DNA from: a virus
Direction: 5' to 3' (one strand)
Virus record (IMG/VR): IMGVR_UViG_3300029951_000031
DNA: 61,251 bases
Part shown: piece after piece, positions 31,461 through 39,483 of the stretch
Position numbering within the stretch: position 1 is the stretch's first letter
How the letters are laid out: each line of letters starts with the position of its first letter
The notes under the pieces: model-generated
What the model was told of the DNA's origin: nothing
Seen by the model: the letters and a program-made list of their open reading frames with translations, nothing else
The model's database searches: none
Program-made: the position numbers and the translations under genes

Positions 31461-32219
31461 ATGAAAACCATCACACTTGAACCGTGTGCCGAAGAAAAAC
31501 GGTGCCCGCGTTGCGAACAAACCAAGATTGCCGCGGGGAATTTCTACAAGACCAAGAATCGCGCTGGAAAACCTGTGTGGGCTGGGTATTGCATTCCGTG
31601 CACGAAAGAAAAAGTCATTGCGTGGCAAAAGGCTAATCCAGAAAAGAAAGCCGCGCAGGATCGCAAGCAGGGTCTAAAGCCCGAAGCAAAAGCCAAACAT
31701 GCCGTCCGCTCCAAGGAGCGCCACGCTGCGGACCCATCGATAGCCGCCCGGCGCATGCGGAAATGGGCGGAAGCCAACCGGGAGCACGCCAATGCATATT
31801 GGAAAAGTTGGCGTCAGGCGAACCCGGAAAAACATAAGGCGCATCAGCAGAAGCATTACTGGACAAAGCCCGGGCGCCGAGAACGCTGCATGGATCACTC
31901 GCGCCTTTACCACGCGTTCACAAAAGATCGCGCGATCTATGACGATGATGGCCACAAGCTAGGCCACGACGCATGGGAAGCTATTCTCCATGTCTTCGGT
32001 CACAAGTGCTGCTACTGCGGTGAGCCCGGCCGAATGACCATTGAGCACATCACGCCATTTGCGCGAGGCGGCAGAAACAAGGCTGGAAACATTGCGCCAG
32101 CATGCTTGAAGTGCAATCTGAAAAAGAAGCACAAGACTGCAGAAGAATTCTCACCCGACAGGGCGGCAGAGATTCATCGATTGGCGATGATTCCGTTCGC
32201 GTTGCCGAAGGCAGCTTAA
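31461..32219 (+). CDS. HNH homing-type endonuclease
   Basis: 252 aa from the ATG at 31461. N-terminal CPRC...C..C zinc ribbon, W..ANPEK repeats, and C-terminal CCYCGE...IEHITP...N...CLKCN (HNH). Confidence 0.85.
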   Translation: MKTITLEPCAEEKRCPRCEQTKIAAGNFYKTKNRAGKPVWAGYCIPCTKEKVIAWQKANPEKKAAQDRKQGLKPEAKAKHAVRSKERHAADPSIAARRMRKWAEANREHANAYWKSWRQANPEKHKAHQQKHYWTKPGRRERCMDHSRLYHAFTKDRAIYDDDGHKLGHDAWEAILHVFGHKCCYCGEPGRMTIEHITPFARGGRNKAGNIAPACLKCNLKKKHKTAEEFSPDRAAEIHRLAMIPFALPKAA

Positions 32220-32240
32220 GCCGTAACCGAATATTTTGAG

Positions 32241-32268
32241 AGCCGCCCACTAAGGCGGCTTTTTTATT
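32241..32268 (+). terminator. Rho-independent terminator
   Basis: AGCCGCC-cactaa-GGCGGCT followed by TTTTTTATT. Confidence 0.75.
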
Positions 32269-32289
32269 GCCCAAATTCAGGAGGCCCGA

Positions 32290-32487
32290 ATGGCCGAGTC
32301 AAAGAAAGCAGCGCCAGCCGAGCAGCCAGAATTCCGCAATGTCGTCGTGTTGGTGAAGAACCACGGTATCACCAAGCATGGCCGCTCACACGCGTTCTAT
32401 GCCGCCGGAACCGAGTTTGACCCGGTCAAAGATGCCGCAATCGTCTTCGCTCTGGCGCAATCCGGTGCAATTATTGAGCATCAGTAA
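32290..32487 (+). CDS. Hypothetical head-module protein (65 aa)
   Basis: ORF track; GGAGG SD. Confidence 0.6.
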   Translation: MAESKKAAPAEQPEFRNVVVLVKNHGITKHGRSHAFYAAGTEFDPVKDAAIVFALAQSGAIIEHQ

Positions 32488-32882
32488 TGGCGTTCGTTCC
32501 GTACGTTTTCACTGACGCGCAGTTGACCGATGTCCGGCGCTTTTGCGGCTACCCGGCGATGGGAGACGGAAATGTCGTGTTCCCGTTTCCGTGGATCATG
32601 CGTCAATACCTCGCGCTTGAATATCGTCTGCAGCACATGAGCGCCAATGAGGGCGCCGTAGTCGCGAATACGTATCTAACGAACCTGTACACGCTGGAGT
32701 CTGCGATCCCAGGGACAAGCGCGAACCTCGATACATCCGTCGCTGCGGTATGGACTCACAACCCCCGCGAGCAAGAAGACCGTGATCGCCTATTCGACTC
32801 ATGGCGCCGCCGGCTGTGCAACTTCCTCGGCGTTCCTCCCGGCCCGAACTTCGGCGGTCCTTCAAATTCATTGGTGGTTTGA
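32487..32882 (+). CDS. Hypothetical head/neck-module protein (131 aa)
   Basis: ORF track; coupled junctions. Confidence 0.6.
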   Translation: MAFVPYVFTDAQLTDVRRFCGYPAMGDGNVVFPFPWIMRQYLALEYRLQHMSANEGAVVANTYLTNLYTLESAIPGTSANLDTSVAAVWTHNPREQEDRDRLFDSWRRRLCNFLGVPPGPNFGGPSNSLVV

Positions 32883-33310
32883 TGACGGTCATCTGTTTTG
32901 ACGGAAAGACCTTGGCTGCCGATCGGCAATGCGAAATGAATGGCGGCAAGTTCGCCATGAAGAAAATCGGAGCGCTCCCTGACGGGACCCTCATCGGCAC
33001 CGCAGGCGACACGAATCGTGCGCTCGTTATGTACGCATGGGCTGCAAATGGCTTCGTGCCGGGTGATCTTCCTGCAGTTATTGGCGACGAATTTGCGCGG
33101 ATGCTTGTCGTGCGCCCAGATGGTATTCCGTTTGTGTATGCGAACAGCGACCAAGGCATTCTGTTCGCTGGGAAGCATGTAGCGATCGGCAGTGGGCAAG
33201 ACTATGCAATGACTGCGATGCACCTCGGCCTCGATGCTTACGCTGCTTGTCAGGTGGCTTGCGATTTGTGTTCGTCGTGTGGCATGGGCATCGACGCTAT
33301 GGAGCTGTGA
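32882..33310 (+). CDS. HslV/proteasome-beta-like Ntn peptidase
   Basis: 142 aa starting MTVICFDGKTLAADRQ (Thr2). Also AMKKIG, GTAGDT and AIGSGQDYAMTA, which parallel HslV TTIV..AGDGQ, KKVRRL, GFAGGT and AIGSGGPYA. Confidence 0.6.
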   Translation: MTVICFDGKTLAADRQCEMNGGKFAMKKIGALPDGTLIGTAGDTNRALVMYAWAANGFVPGDLPAVIGDEFARMLVVRPDGIPFVYANSDQGILFAGKHVAIGSGQDYAMTAMHLGLDAYAACQVACDLCSSCGMGIDAMEL

Positions 33311-33311
33311 T

Positions 33312-33953
33312 ATGAATGGCGAGTTCCTGCAGTCGAAAATCTATTACGGCTACGCTAAATCGGCCCAATACATCGGCACCGCGTTCAACCAGTTCCGCCC
33401 GACCACGCCGATAAACCCGTTCGCATCCGGCCCGATAGCCACGCTCCTTGCCAGCTTCAACGCGCAGGACATGAAGTACAGCAAGCCCAATCCGTACGCC
33501 AAGCCGCTGTGGTATGCGCTGGTGGACGGCACGCAGACGGCTGTCGGCGACTATCTGCAAAGCGCAGATCAGATGTTTTTCATCGCAGCAATGCAGCCCC
33601 TGCTGCCGATCCTGGCGGTGCAGTGCACGAACACGCTGAATATCTATCGGCCGCAGCAGCAGACGTTGCCGGGCGCCAATCCTTACGGTGGCACGGTCGA
33701 CGAAAACCAGACCGAGTTGATGACGGCGTGGCCGGCTTCTGTTCTGCAGGGTGCGAAGGGCGAGAAGGATGGCGCGGTGCTGCCCGGCGACGTTCGGCTG
33801 CCATGGTGGGCGATCCTGTTGCCGGCGTTCCCCGGTGTCACGTTGCGCAGCGCTGACATCATCACCGACGATATCGATCGGCGGTTCATCATCAGCAGCG
33901 CGGAAAAAACTGACCTCGGGTGGAGAATCACCGCGATGCAGGCCGAGACATGA
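33312..33953 (+). CDS. Hypothetical structural protein (213 aa)
   Basis: ORF track frame; ATG at 33312. Confidence 0.6.
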   Translation: MNGEFLQSKIYYGYAKSAQYIGTAFNQFRPTTPINPFASGPIATLLASFNAQDMKYSKPNPYAKPLWYALVDGTQTAVGDYLQSADQMFFIAAMQPLLPILAVQCTNTLNIYRPQQQTLPGANPYGGTVDENQTELMTAWPASVLQGAKGEKDGAVLPGDVRLPWWAILLPAFPGVTLRSADIITDDIDRRFIISSAEKTDLGWRITAMQAET

Positions 33954-34792
33954 GCGATATTTCCGACGTCCTCAATGTTCTCACCGCGCAATGCAGCGCC
34001 TTCGTCTATCCCAATGGCACGAGCCAGCCGTCCGTGTGCGGCTCGATGGTCAAGGTCTATCCCGGCTGGCCGACGGCATCCTCGCTCGACCAGGATCTGC
34101 AGGCGGGCACGGTCAACGTGAGTATTTTCCCGGCCGGGCAGGAGCGCAATACGACGCGGTATCGACCCAAGCAAAGCGTGATGTCGGTTGCAGCAGCAAC
34201 GATAACCCTCGTGTCCGCCGGCTCGACGCTCACGGTCGGCGGCGCAATGCCTTCACCCTTCACGCTGCATAACGTCGCCGCGCTGATCGCGGGGCAGGCT
34301 TTCATCTACCCGGTGCAGGCGAGCGACACGCTGACCTCGATCGCGACCGGCCTCAGCGCACTGATCGCCGCGAAGTATCCCGGCACGGTCAATTCTGGCA
34401 CAGTGATCACGCTGCCTGCCGGTGTCCGCGTAACAGCCGCACGCGTGGGCACGTCAGGCCAGATCTCCACCGAATGGGAGCGGCAAGACCAGCGTATCCA
34501 GATCACCGTCTGGGCGCCGGACCCGACCACGCGCACCGCAGTATCGGCCGCGATCAAGACCGCTTTCGCGCAGATATCGAATCTCACGATGCCAGATGGC
34601 TACGGTTCGAACATCAAGCCGGCCGGAAGCCTGCTGTCAGACGTGCTGGAGAAGGCCAAAACGTATCGGCGCGATCTGTTCTACCTCGTCGAATACGCCA
34701 CCACCGTGACGCAGCAGATTGCCACCGTGGTTGCTGCAGAACTCATTTTTGAAGACATGCAGGGCGATCCGCTCGCCTCGCGAACCTATTAG
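33950..34792 (+). CDS. Hypothetical structural protein (280 aa)
   Basis: ATGA overlap at 33950. Confidence 0.6.
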   Translation: MSDISDVLNVLTAQCSAFVYPNGTSQPSVCGSMVKVYPGWPTASSLDQDLQAGTVNVSIFPAGQERNTTRYRPKQSVMSVAAATITLVSAGSTLTVGGAMPSPFTLHNVAALIAGQAFIYPVQASDTLTSIATGLSALIAAKYPGTVNSGTVITLPAGVRVTAARVGTSGQISTEWERQDQRIQITVWAPDPTTRTAVSAAIKTAFAQISNLTMPDGYGSNIKPAGSLLSDVLEKAKTYRRDLFYLVEYATTVTQQIATVVAAELIFEDMQGDPLASRTY

Positions 34793-34800
34793 GAGCCGAC

Positions 34801-34977
34801 ATGGCTGAAGAAACTGTTGTGACGGCCCCGAAAGTGGCAAAGCCCGATTTCATGCTCGTCGTGGTGCATCCGTTTGGCGAGTATCGCCGCGGCGATCCGA
34901 TTTCGGATGCTGGCGAGATTCAAGCTGTCATGGATGGCGAAAACAAACATCACGTGCATCGCGTAGCTCCGCAGTAA
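34801..34977 (+). CDS. Hypothetical small protein (58 aa)
   Basis: Hand-translated MAEETVVTAPKVAKPDFMLVVVHPFGEYRRGDPISDAGEIQAVMDGENKHHVHRVAPQ; AGGAG SD. Confidence 0.5.
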   Translation: MAEETVVTAPKVAKPDFMLVVVHPFGEYRRGDPISDAGEIQAVMDGENKHHVHRVAPQ

Positions 34978-35000
34978 TTCCCCCTTATTCCAGTTTGCCT

Positions 35001-35027
35001 AGCCACCTTCGGGTGGCTTTTTCGTTT
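35001..35027 (+). terminator. Rho-independent terminator
   Basis: AGCCACC-TTCG-GGTGGCT followed by TTTTCGTTT. Confidence 0.75.
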
Positions 35028-35038
35028 GGAGTTACGCA

Positions 35039-37030
35039 ATGCCGATTTACCAATCAGGCAGTTTGAATCTCGCCGGCCAATTGCCGCCGGGCGCATATGT
35101 CCAGGTGGTCGCACCGCCTGCCGTCGTTCAAGGTGTCGCCAGCAATGGCCTCGGCGAGGTCGGTGTCGCTTCGTGGGGTCCGGTCAATAGCGCCTATGGC
35201 GTGGGTTCGCCGCAGATCGCCGGTCTCATGCTCGGTCCCGTGAACGCCCGCAAGTACGACCTCGCGACCGCGATGGCGATCAACTTCATGCTCGGCCAGA
35301 CGAACAACACGGCTGTGCGCGTGACTGACGGAACAGACACCGCAGCGACATCCGCGCTGAAAGATGGCTCAGCCGCGACCGGCGCGACGCTTACGGGCTT
35401 CTATACCGGCGTGGTCGGTAACACGCTCACCGCGACGCTCGCCAACGGAACGAAGCCGGCGACGTTCAAATGCACGGTTGCATTGCCCGGTTTCCTGTCG
35501 GAGATTTACGACAACCTTGGCGTGGGCGTGATCCTCGGCACCGTCGTTCCGGGCACAGGCTACACCTCGGTTCCGGCTGTCGCGACGAGCGCACCGCAAA
35601 CCGCGGGCGGCGTTCAGGCGATCGTTCAGGCTACCTTGAAAGTCCTGTCCGCGAATATCACGGGCGGCGGTGGATCGGGCGGCAGCGGCTATGTGACCGC
35701 TGACACGATCACGCTGGCCAATGGCGTCGTGCTGACGGTCACGGCAGCCTCCGGCATCATCACCGCTCTGACGGTCACGAATGCCGGCTCACTCGGCGGC
35801 GGTACAGCGCCCGTGGCCGGCAACACCCAAATCCAGACGTCCGGTGTCGGTGTTGGCGCCATCATCAACCTCGTGTGGGGCCTCGGCACGCCGCTCGTGG
35901 TGCAGCCGGGCTCTGGCTACACCACGGCCACCGCGACGCTCACAGGTGGCGGCGCAGGCACTCCGGGCACGATCGCTCTCGGCGTGGGCTGCTGGACGAA
36001 TCTCGTCAGTGCCATCAACAACGGTCAATCTGGCGTTCGTGGTCCGTCGCAAATCGTGGTGGCGACCGTCGGCACGTCCGCGGCAGCCCCGGCGCTCGCG
36101 ACCTACGCCTTCTCAGGCGGCACCGATGGCGCGGCAGGCGTGGTCGACGCAACGCTGGTTGGCACCAACGCAACGCCGCCGACCGGCATGTACGCGCTGC
36201 AAAACGCGAACGTGCTGACGATGAACCTGATCGACCACTCGACGCCGTCGCAGTGGAGCACGATGGCGCAGTTCGGCATCACCTACGGCATCTTCGGCGC
36301 GGGTCAAGCCGCGGTCGGCTCGTCAGTGGCTAGCACCGCTTCACTGCTCGCATCAGCAGGCGTCGACAACTACAGCTTCAAGGATCTGGTCGGCGATTGG
36401 GTGTACTGGCAGGACACCGTCAACAACGTGCAGCGCCTGCTTGGACCGGCAACCTTCTGGGCGGCGATGCGCGCGAACCTCGCACCGAACCAGTCGACGC
36501 TCAATAAACCCGTCAACGGCATCATCGGCACGCAACGTTCCGTCCAGAACCTGCTATATGCCGACTCCGAAGCGCTGGCCGCCGTTCAAGGGCGCCTCGA
36601 CTATCTGGCGAACCCGGCACCGGGCGGCAACTACTTCGCCTTCCAGACGGATATGAACTGCTCGACGTACGCGGCGACGAATTCGGAAGCCTACACGTCG
36701 ATGACGAACTTCCTAGCGCTGACACTCGCGTCGAACTTCGGCTGGGTGGTGGGTAATCCGCAGACGACCGACTTGCGCGGCGATGTGAATGACGCCATCA
36801 CCGGGTTCCTCATGAACCTCTGGCTGAACCTAGGGTACATCGGCAACGTGAATGCGCCGACGCAGGTTCCGTTCTCGGTCCAGACGAACGCCGCGAACAA
36901 CCCGAGCAGCCAGGTCGCACTCGGCTTGATGCAGACGCTCGTCAAGGTCACATACCTGTCGATCGTGCGCGTGTTCGTGATCTCGCTGCAAGGCGGCGGC
37001 ACCGTGAACGTGACGGTCCAGCCCGGTTAA
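35039..37030 (+). CDS. Tail sheath protein
   Basis: 663 aa. Sheath-like N-terminus (LPPGAYVQVV) and a position upstream of tube, chaperone and tape measure. Carries an internal Gly/Thr-rich repeat insertion. Confidence 0.75.
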   Translation: MPIYQSGSLNLAGQLPPGAYVQVVAPPAVVQGVASNGLGEVGVASWGPVNSAYGVGSPQIAGLMLGPVNARKYDLATAMAINFMLGQTNNTAVRVTDGTDTAATSALKDGSAATGATLTGFYTGVVGNTLTATLANGTKPATFKCTVALPGFLSEIYDNLGVGVILGTVVPGTGYTSVPAVATSAPQTAGGVQAIVQATLKVLSANITGGGGSGGSGYVTADTITLANGVVLTVTAASGIITALTVTNAGSLGGGTAPVAGNTQIQTSGVGVGAIINLVWGLGTPLVVQPGSGYTTATATLTGGGAGTPGTIALGVGCWTNLVSAINNGQSGVRGPSQIVVATVGTSAAAPALATYAFSGGTDGAAGVVDATLVGTNATPPTGMYALQNANVLTMNLIDHSTPSQWSTMAQFGITYGIFGAGQAAVGSSVASTASLLASAGVDNYSFKDLVGDWVYWQDTVNNVQRLLGPATFWAAMRANLAPNQSTLNKPVNGIIGTQRSVQNLLYADSEALAAVQGRLDYLANPAPGGNYFAFQTDMNCSTYAATNSEAYTSMTNFLALTLASNFGWVVGNPQTTDLRGDVNDAITGFLMNLWLNLGYIGNVNAPTQVPFSVQTNAANNPSSQVALGLMQTLVKVTYLSIVRVFVISLQGGGTVNVTVQPG

Positions 37031-37051
37031 TCGATCCCTTCTGTATCCCTA

Positions 37052-37081
37052 AGCCCGCCGCGCGCGGGCTTTTCCTTTTTT
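37052..37081 (+). terminator. Rho-independent terminator
   Basis: AGCCCGC-loop-GCGGGCT followed by TTTCCTTTTTT. Confidence 0.7.
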
Positions 37082-37094
37082 GGAGCCGCACATC

Positions 37095-37541
37095 GTGGGC
37101 GATAACAGTTTTAACATCGGCCGTGACGGATCACAGATTACGATCTTCGATTCCGTCGCAGGGCAAGTCAATTTCAACGGCACGATTTCCTTCGACGCGA
37201 AGGCGCGCACGAAAGAACTCGAAAGCGAAACGATCACCGGCAACACGATCTTTCGCAATGTGCCCAATGGTCACGAAGGCACCTTCGAGTTCGACCGGCA
37301 GGATTCGAGCGTGGAAGCCTATTTCACGCAGGCCGAAGCGAACTTTTACGCTGGCCTCCCGCCTCCGACCGCCGCCATCACGCAGACCATCAACGAATTG
37401 GATGGGTCGATCACGCAGTTCCAATATACCGGCGTGCAATTGAAGTTGACCGACGCCGGCACGTGGAAAGGGCTGGACAAGATCAACCCCAAAGTCGGCT
37501 GGCGCGCATCGAAGAAGATCCCGCTGACGATCGGAGTCTGA
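37095..37541 (+). CDS. Tail tube protein
   Basis: 148 aa from the GTG at 37095 (GGAG SD). The tool's TTG start at 37080 lies in the terminator U-tract. Called by its position after the sheath gene. Confidence 0.6.
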   Translation: MGDNSFNIGRDGSQITIFDSVAGQVNFNGTISFDAKARTKELESETITGNTIFRNVPNGHEGTFEFDRQDSSVEAYFTQAEANFYAGLPPPTAAITQTINELDGSITQFQYTGVQLKLTDAGTWKGLDKINPKVGWRASKKIPLTIGV

Positions 37542-37545
37542 TTCG

Positions 37546-37923
37546 ATGACGAAAGTTACCGTAAATCGGACTCAGACCCCGACCGAGCAACTGATCGCGC
37601 GGGCCACCCAGGAAGCGGAGGTCGTCGACGCAAACGGCCGCAAGATCGTGCTGCGCAAGCCGGGCGCGCTGGCTCAGTTTCGGCTCGCCGAAGCGGTCGG
37701 CAACTCGTCAACGAATCAGGGTTATATGGCTATGGTCATGCCGCTGATCTTCGTCGCATCGATCGACGGCATCATCGTGCCTCCGCTGGAGCAGAAGAAA
37801 CATGTGGAAGCGCTGATCGTTCGGCTGGACGATGAAGGCGTCGCGGCAGTGCACAAAGGCGTGTACGAACACTTCGGCGAATCCACGGCGGAGGCCGACC
37901 GCGAAGAACTAAAAAAATCGTAA
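37546..37923 (+). CDS. Tail assembly chaperone (short form)
   Basis: 125 aa ending at the A-run slippery site. Confidence 0.65.
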   Translation: MTKVTVNRTQTPTEQLIARATQEAEVVDANGRKIVLRKPGALAQFRLAEAVGNSSTNQGYMAMVMPLIFVASIDGIIVPPLEQKKHVEALIVRLDDEGVAAVHKGVYEHFGESTAEADREELKKS

Positions 37924-38090
37924 CGTCGGCGCCGATTCGCGAGGCGTTATGGCTTGTCTCGCACGGCGTTGACCTCGATTTGGCATTCAGTTTGGACGAT
38001 GTAACCCGGGCCGCTTACTCAATCATCTTTTCCGAGATCGAAGGGCAGAAGTTTGATTTCGAGACGATGAGTTTCAGGAAGCAAGAATGA
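37546..38090 (+). CDS. Tail assembly chaperone, -1 frameshift extended form (about 181 aa)
   Basis: Slip at A_AAA_AAA (37911..37917) opens a clean 57-codon extension, IVTSAPIREALWLVSHGVDLDLAFSLDDVTRAAYSIIFSEIEGQKFDFETMSFRKQE. Confidence 0.65.
37911..37917 (+). promoter_or_regulatory. Programmed -1 frameshift slippery heptamer AAAAAAA
   Basis: It is in the X_XXY_YYZ register relative to the chaperone frame, 4 nt before its stop. Confidence 0.6.
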
Positions 38091-38584
38091 AAGAATTCGG
38101 GAGTATGGCCAAGTTCGCCGAGCATCTGGTGATGCTGTCGGCTGGCGGATTTGTGTTGGCGATGCACAGTGGCATGAGTGCCGTTGGCGCGCTCGTTGAA
38201 GCGCGTGCGAAAGAAGAGATCGGCGAATACCAGCCGGCAGTTGGTCCGTTTCAGGCGTGGCCGGAGTTGGCGCAAGCCACGAAAGACGACCGGGTGCGTC
38301 AAGGTTATTCGGAAAACGATCCGTTGCTACGTACGGGCGAGTTGCGCGACTCAATCAGCCATGAATCGGCGGGTTTGGAAGTCGCAATCGGCTCGACAAG
38401 CGACGTGATGGTCTATCACGAGTTCGGTACCAGCAAGATGCCAGCGCGGCCGGTTCTCGGCACGGCTGCATTCAGCAGCAAGGACAAGATCATGGAGATC
38501 TTGGGGAGGGCGGCGGTGATAGGGCTGGCAGGCGGGCATGTGTTGCCTGACCAGATCCGTGTGTCCCACATCACGAACCCGTGA
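38087..38584 (+). CDS. HK97 gp10-like virion morphogenesis protein
   Basis: 165 aa; YHEFGTSKMPARPVLG is the characteristic gp10-family motif. Confidence 0.65.
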   Translation: MKEFGSMAKFAEHLVMLSAGGFVLAMHSGMSAVGALVEARAKEEIGEYQPAVGPFQAWPELAQATKDDRVRQGYSENDPLLRTGELRDSISHESAGLEVAIGSTSDVMVYHEFGTSKMPARPVLGTAAFSSKDKIMEILGRAAVIGLAGGHVLPDQIRVSHITNP

Positions 38585-38804
38585 TGAAGTGCCAGAAGAA
38601 CAGGCCCATGAAGATCAGCAGTGCGCCTGACACAGCCATCACGACGACGCCGAACCAGATCAGCCAGAGTCCTTCCCAGAGCTTTAGCTGGTTCGGTCCT
38701 CGATCGGCCACGGTTCTAGGCTTTATCCGCCGGACGCGCGGGTATTGAACGAACGAAACCCGGTCTGCCAACCATTCTTGAGCGCGGGAAAAGGAATTTT
38801 GCAT
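38571..38804 (-). CDS. Antisense-oriented membrane protein (77 aa)
   Basis: C-terminal LWEGLWLIWFGVVVMAVSGALLIFMGLFFWHFI (two TM helices). Its start codon shares CATG with the GIY-YIG start. Confidence 0.5.
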   Translation of the reverse strand: MQNSFSRAQEWLADRVSFVQYPRVRRIKPRTVADRGPNQLKLWEGLWLIWFGVVVMAVSGALLIFMGLFFWHFITGS

Positions 38805-39483
38805 GGCTAATAGGCCTCCTTACGTCGGCGGCATCTATGCCATTAGAAACCTAGTCGACGGGAAATTATACGTCGGCTCCGCAAGTTGCATTGAAAGGCG
38901 CAGAAAAGATCACTTTAGGATGCTGCGAGGCGGCTACCACGTCAATAAGCACCTTCAGTCGGGATGGCTTAAACATGGCGGCGAAGCTTTCGCATTCGAG
39001 ATACTTGAGGTGGTTGAGGATCCGAGCCGTTTGATTGAAAGAGAGCAGCACTACATCGATTACTTCGCCGCGTGCGACCCGGCGAATGGCTACAACCGGC
39101 GCGCTATCGCTCATAGCAACTTAGGGATGAAGTTTTGCCCCGAAGCTGTCGAGCGCATAAGGCAGAGTCAGTTAGGCAAAAGCCTTTCAGAAGCGCATAA
39201 GCAGGCGATCGGTGATTCGCAAAGAGGAAAGGCCAAATCCCCTGACGCTGGGCCGAAAATCAGTGCCGCGAAGCGTGGGATAAAGCGCCCAGGTGAATGG
39301 TCTGGGCGCATGGCTATATCGCTTCGGAAGTTCAGCGAAGAAGAAATTGGGCGCATGCACGAAATGCGAAATGCAGGGCTCAGTTATGAGCGGATCGCAA
39401 AAGAGTTCGGTTGCGTGGTTTCGACGGCGCACCGTGTAATCACGAAGCGCGGACTTGCATATAGGCAACAAAATGGCATTTGA
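38803..39483 (+). CDS. GIY-YIG homing-type endonuclease
   Basis: 226 aa. GIYAIRNLVDGKLYVGSA...RR...H...L...EILE...E..YI...NGYN, followed by NUMOD3-like repeats and a C-terminal HTH. Confidence 0.85.
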   Translation: MANRPPYVGGIYAIRNLVDGKLYVGSASCIERRRKDHFRMLRGGYHVNKHLQSGWLKHGGEAFAFEILEVVEDPSRLIEREQHYIDYFAACDPANGYNRRAIAHSNLGMKFCPEAVERIRQSQLGKSLSEAHKQAIGDSQRGKAKSPDAGPKISAAKRGIKRPGEWSGRMAISLRKFSEEEIGRMHEMRNAGLSYERIAKEFGCVVSTAHRVITKRGLAYRQQNGI

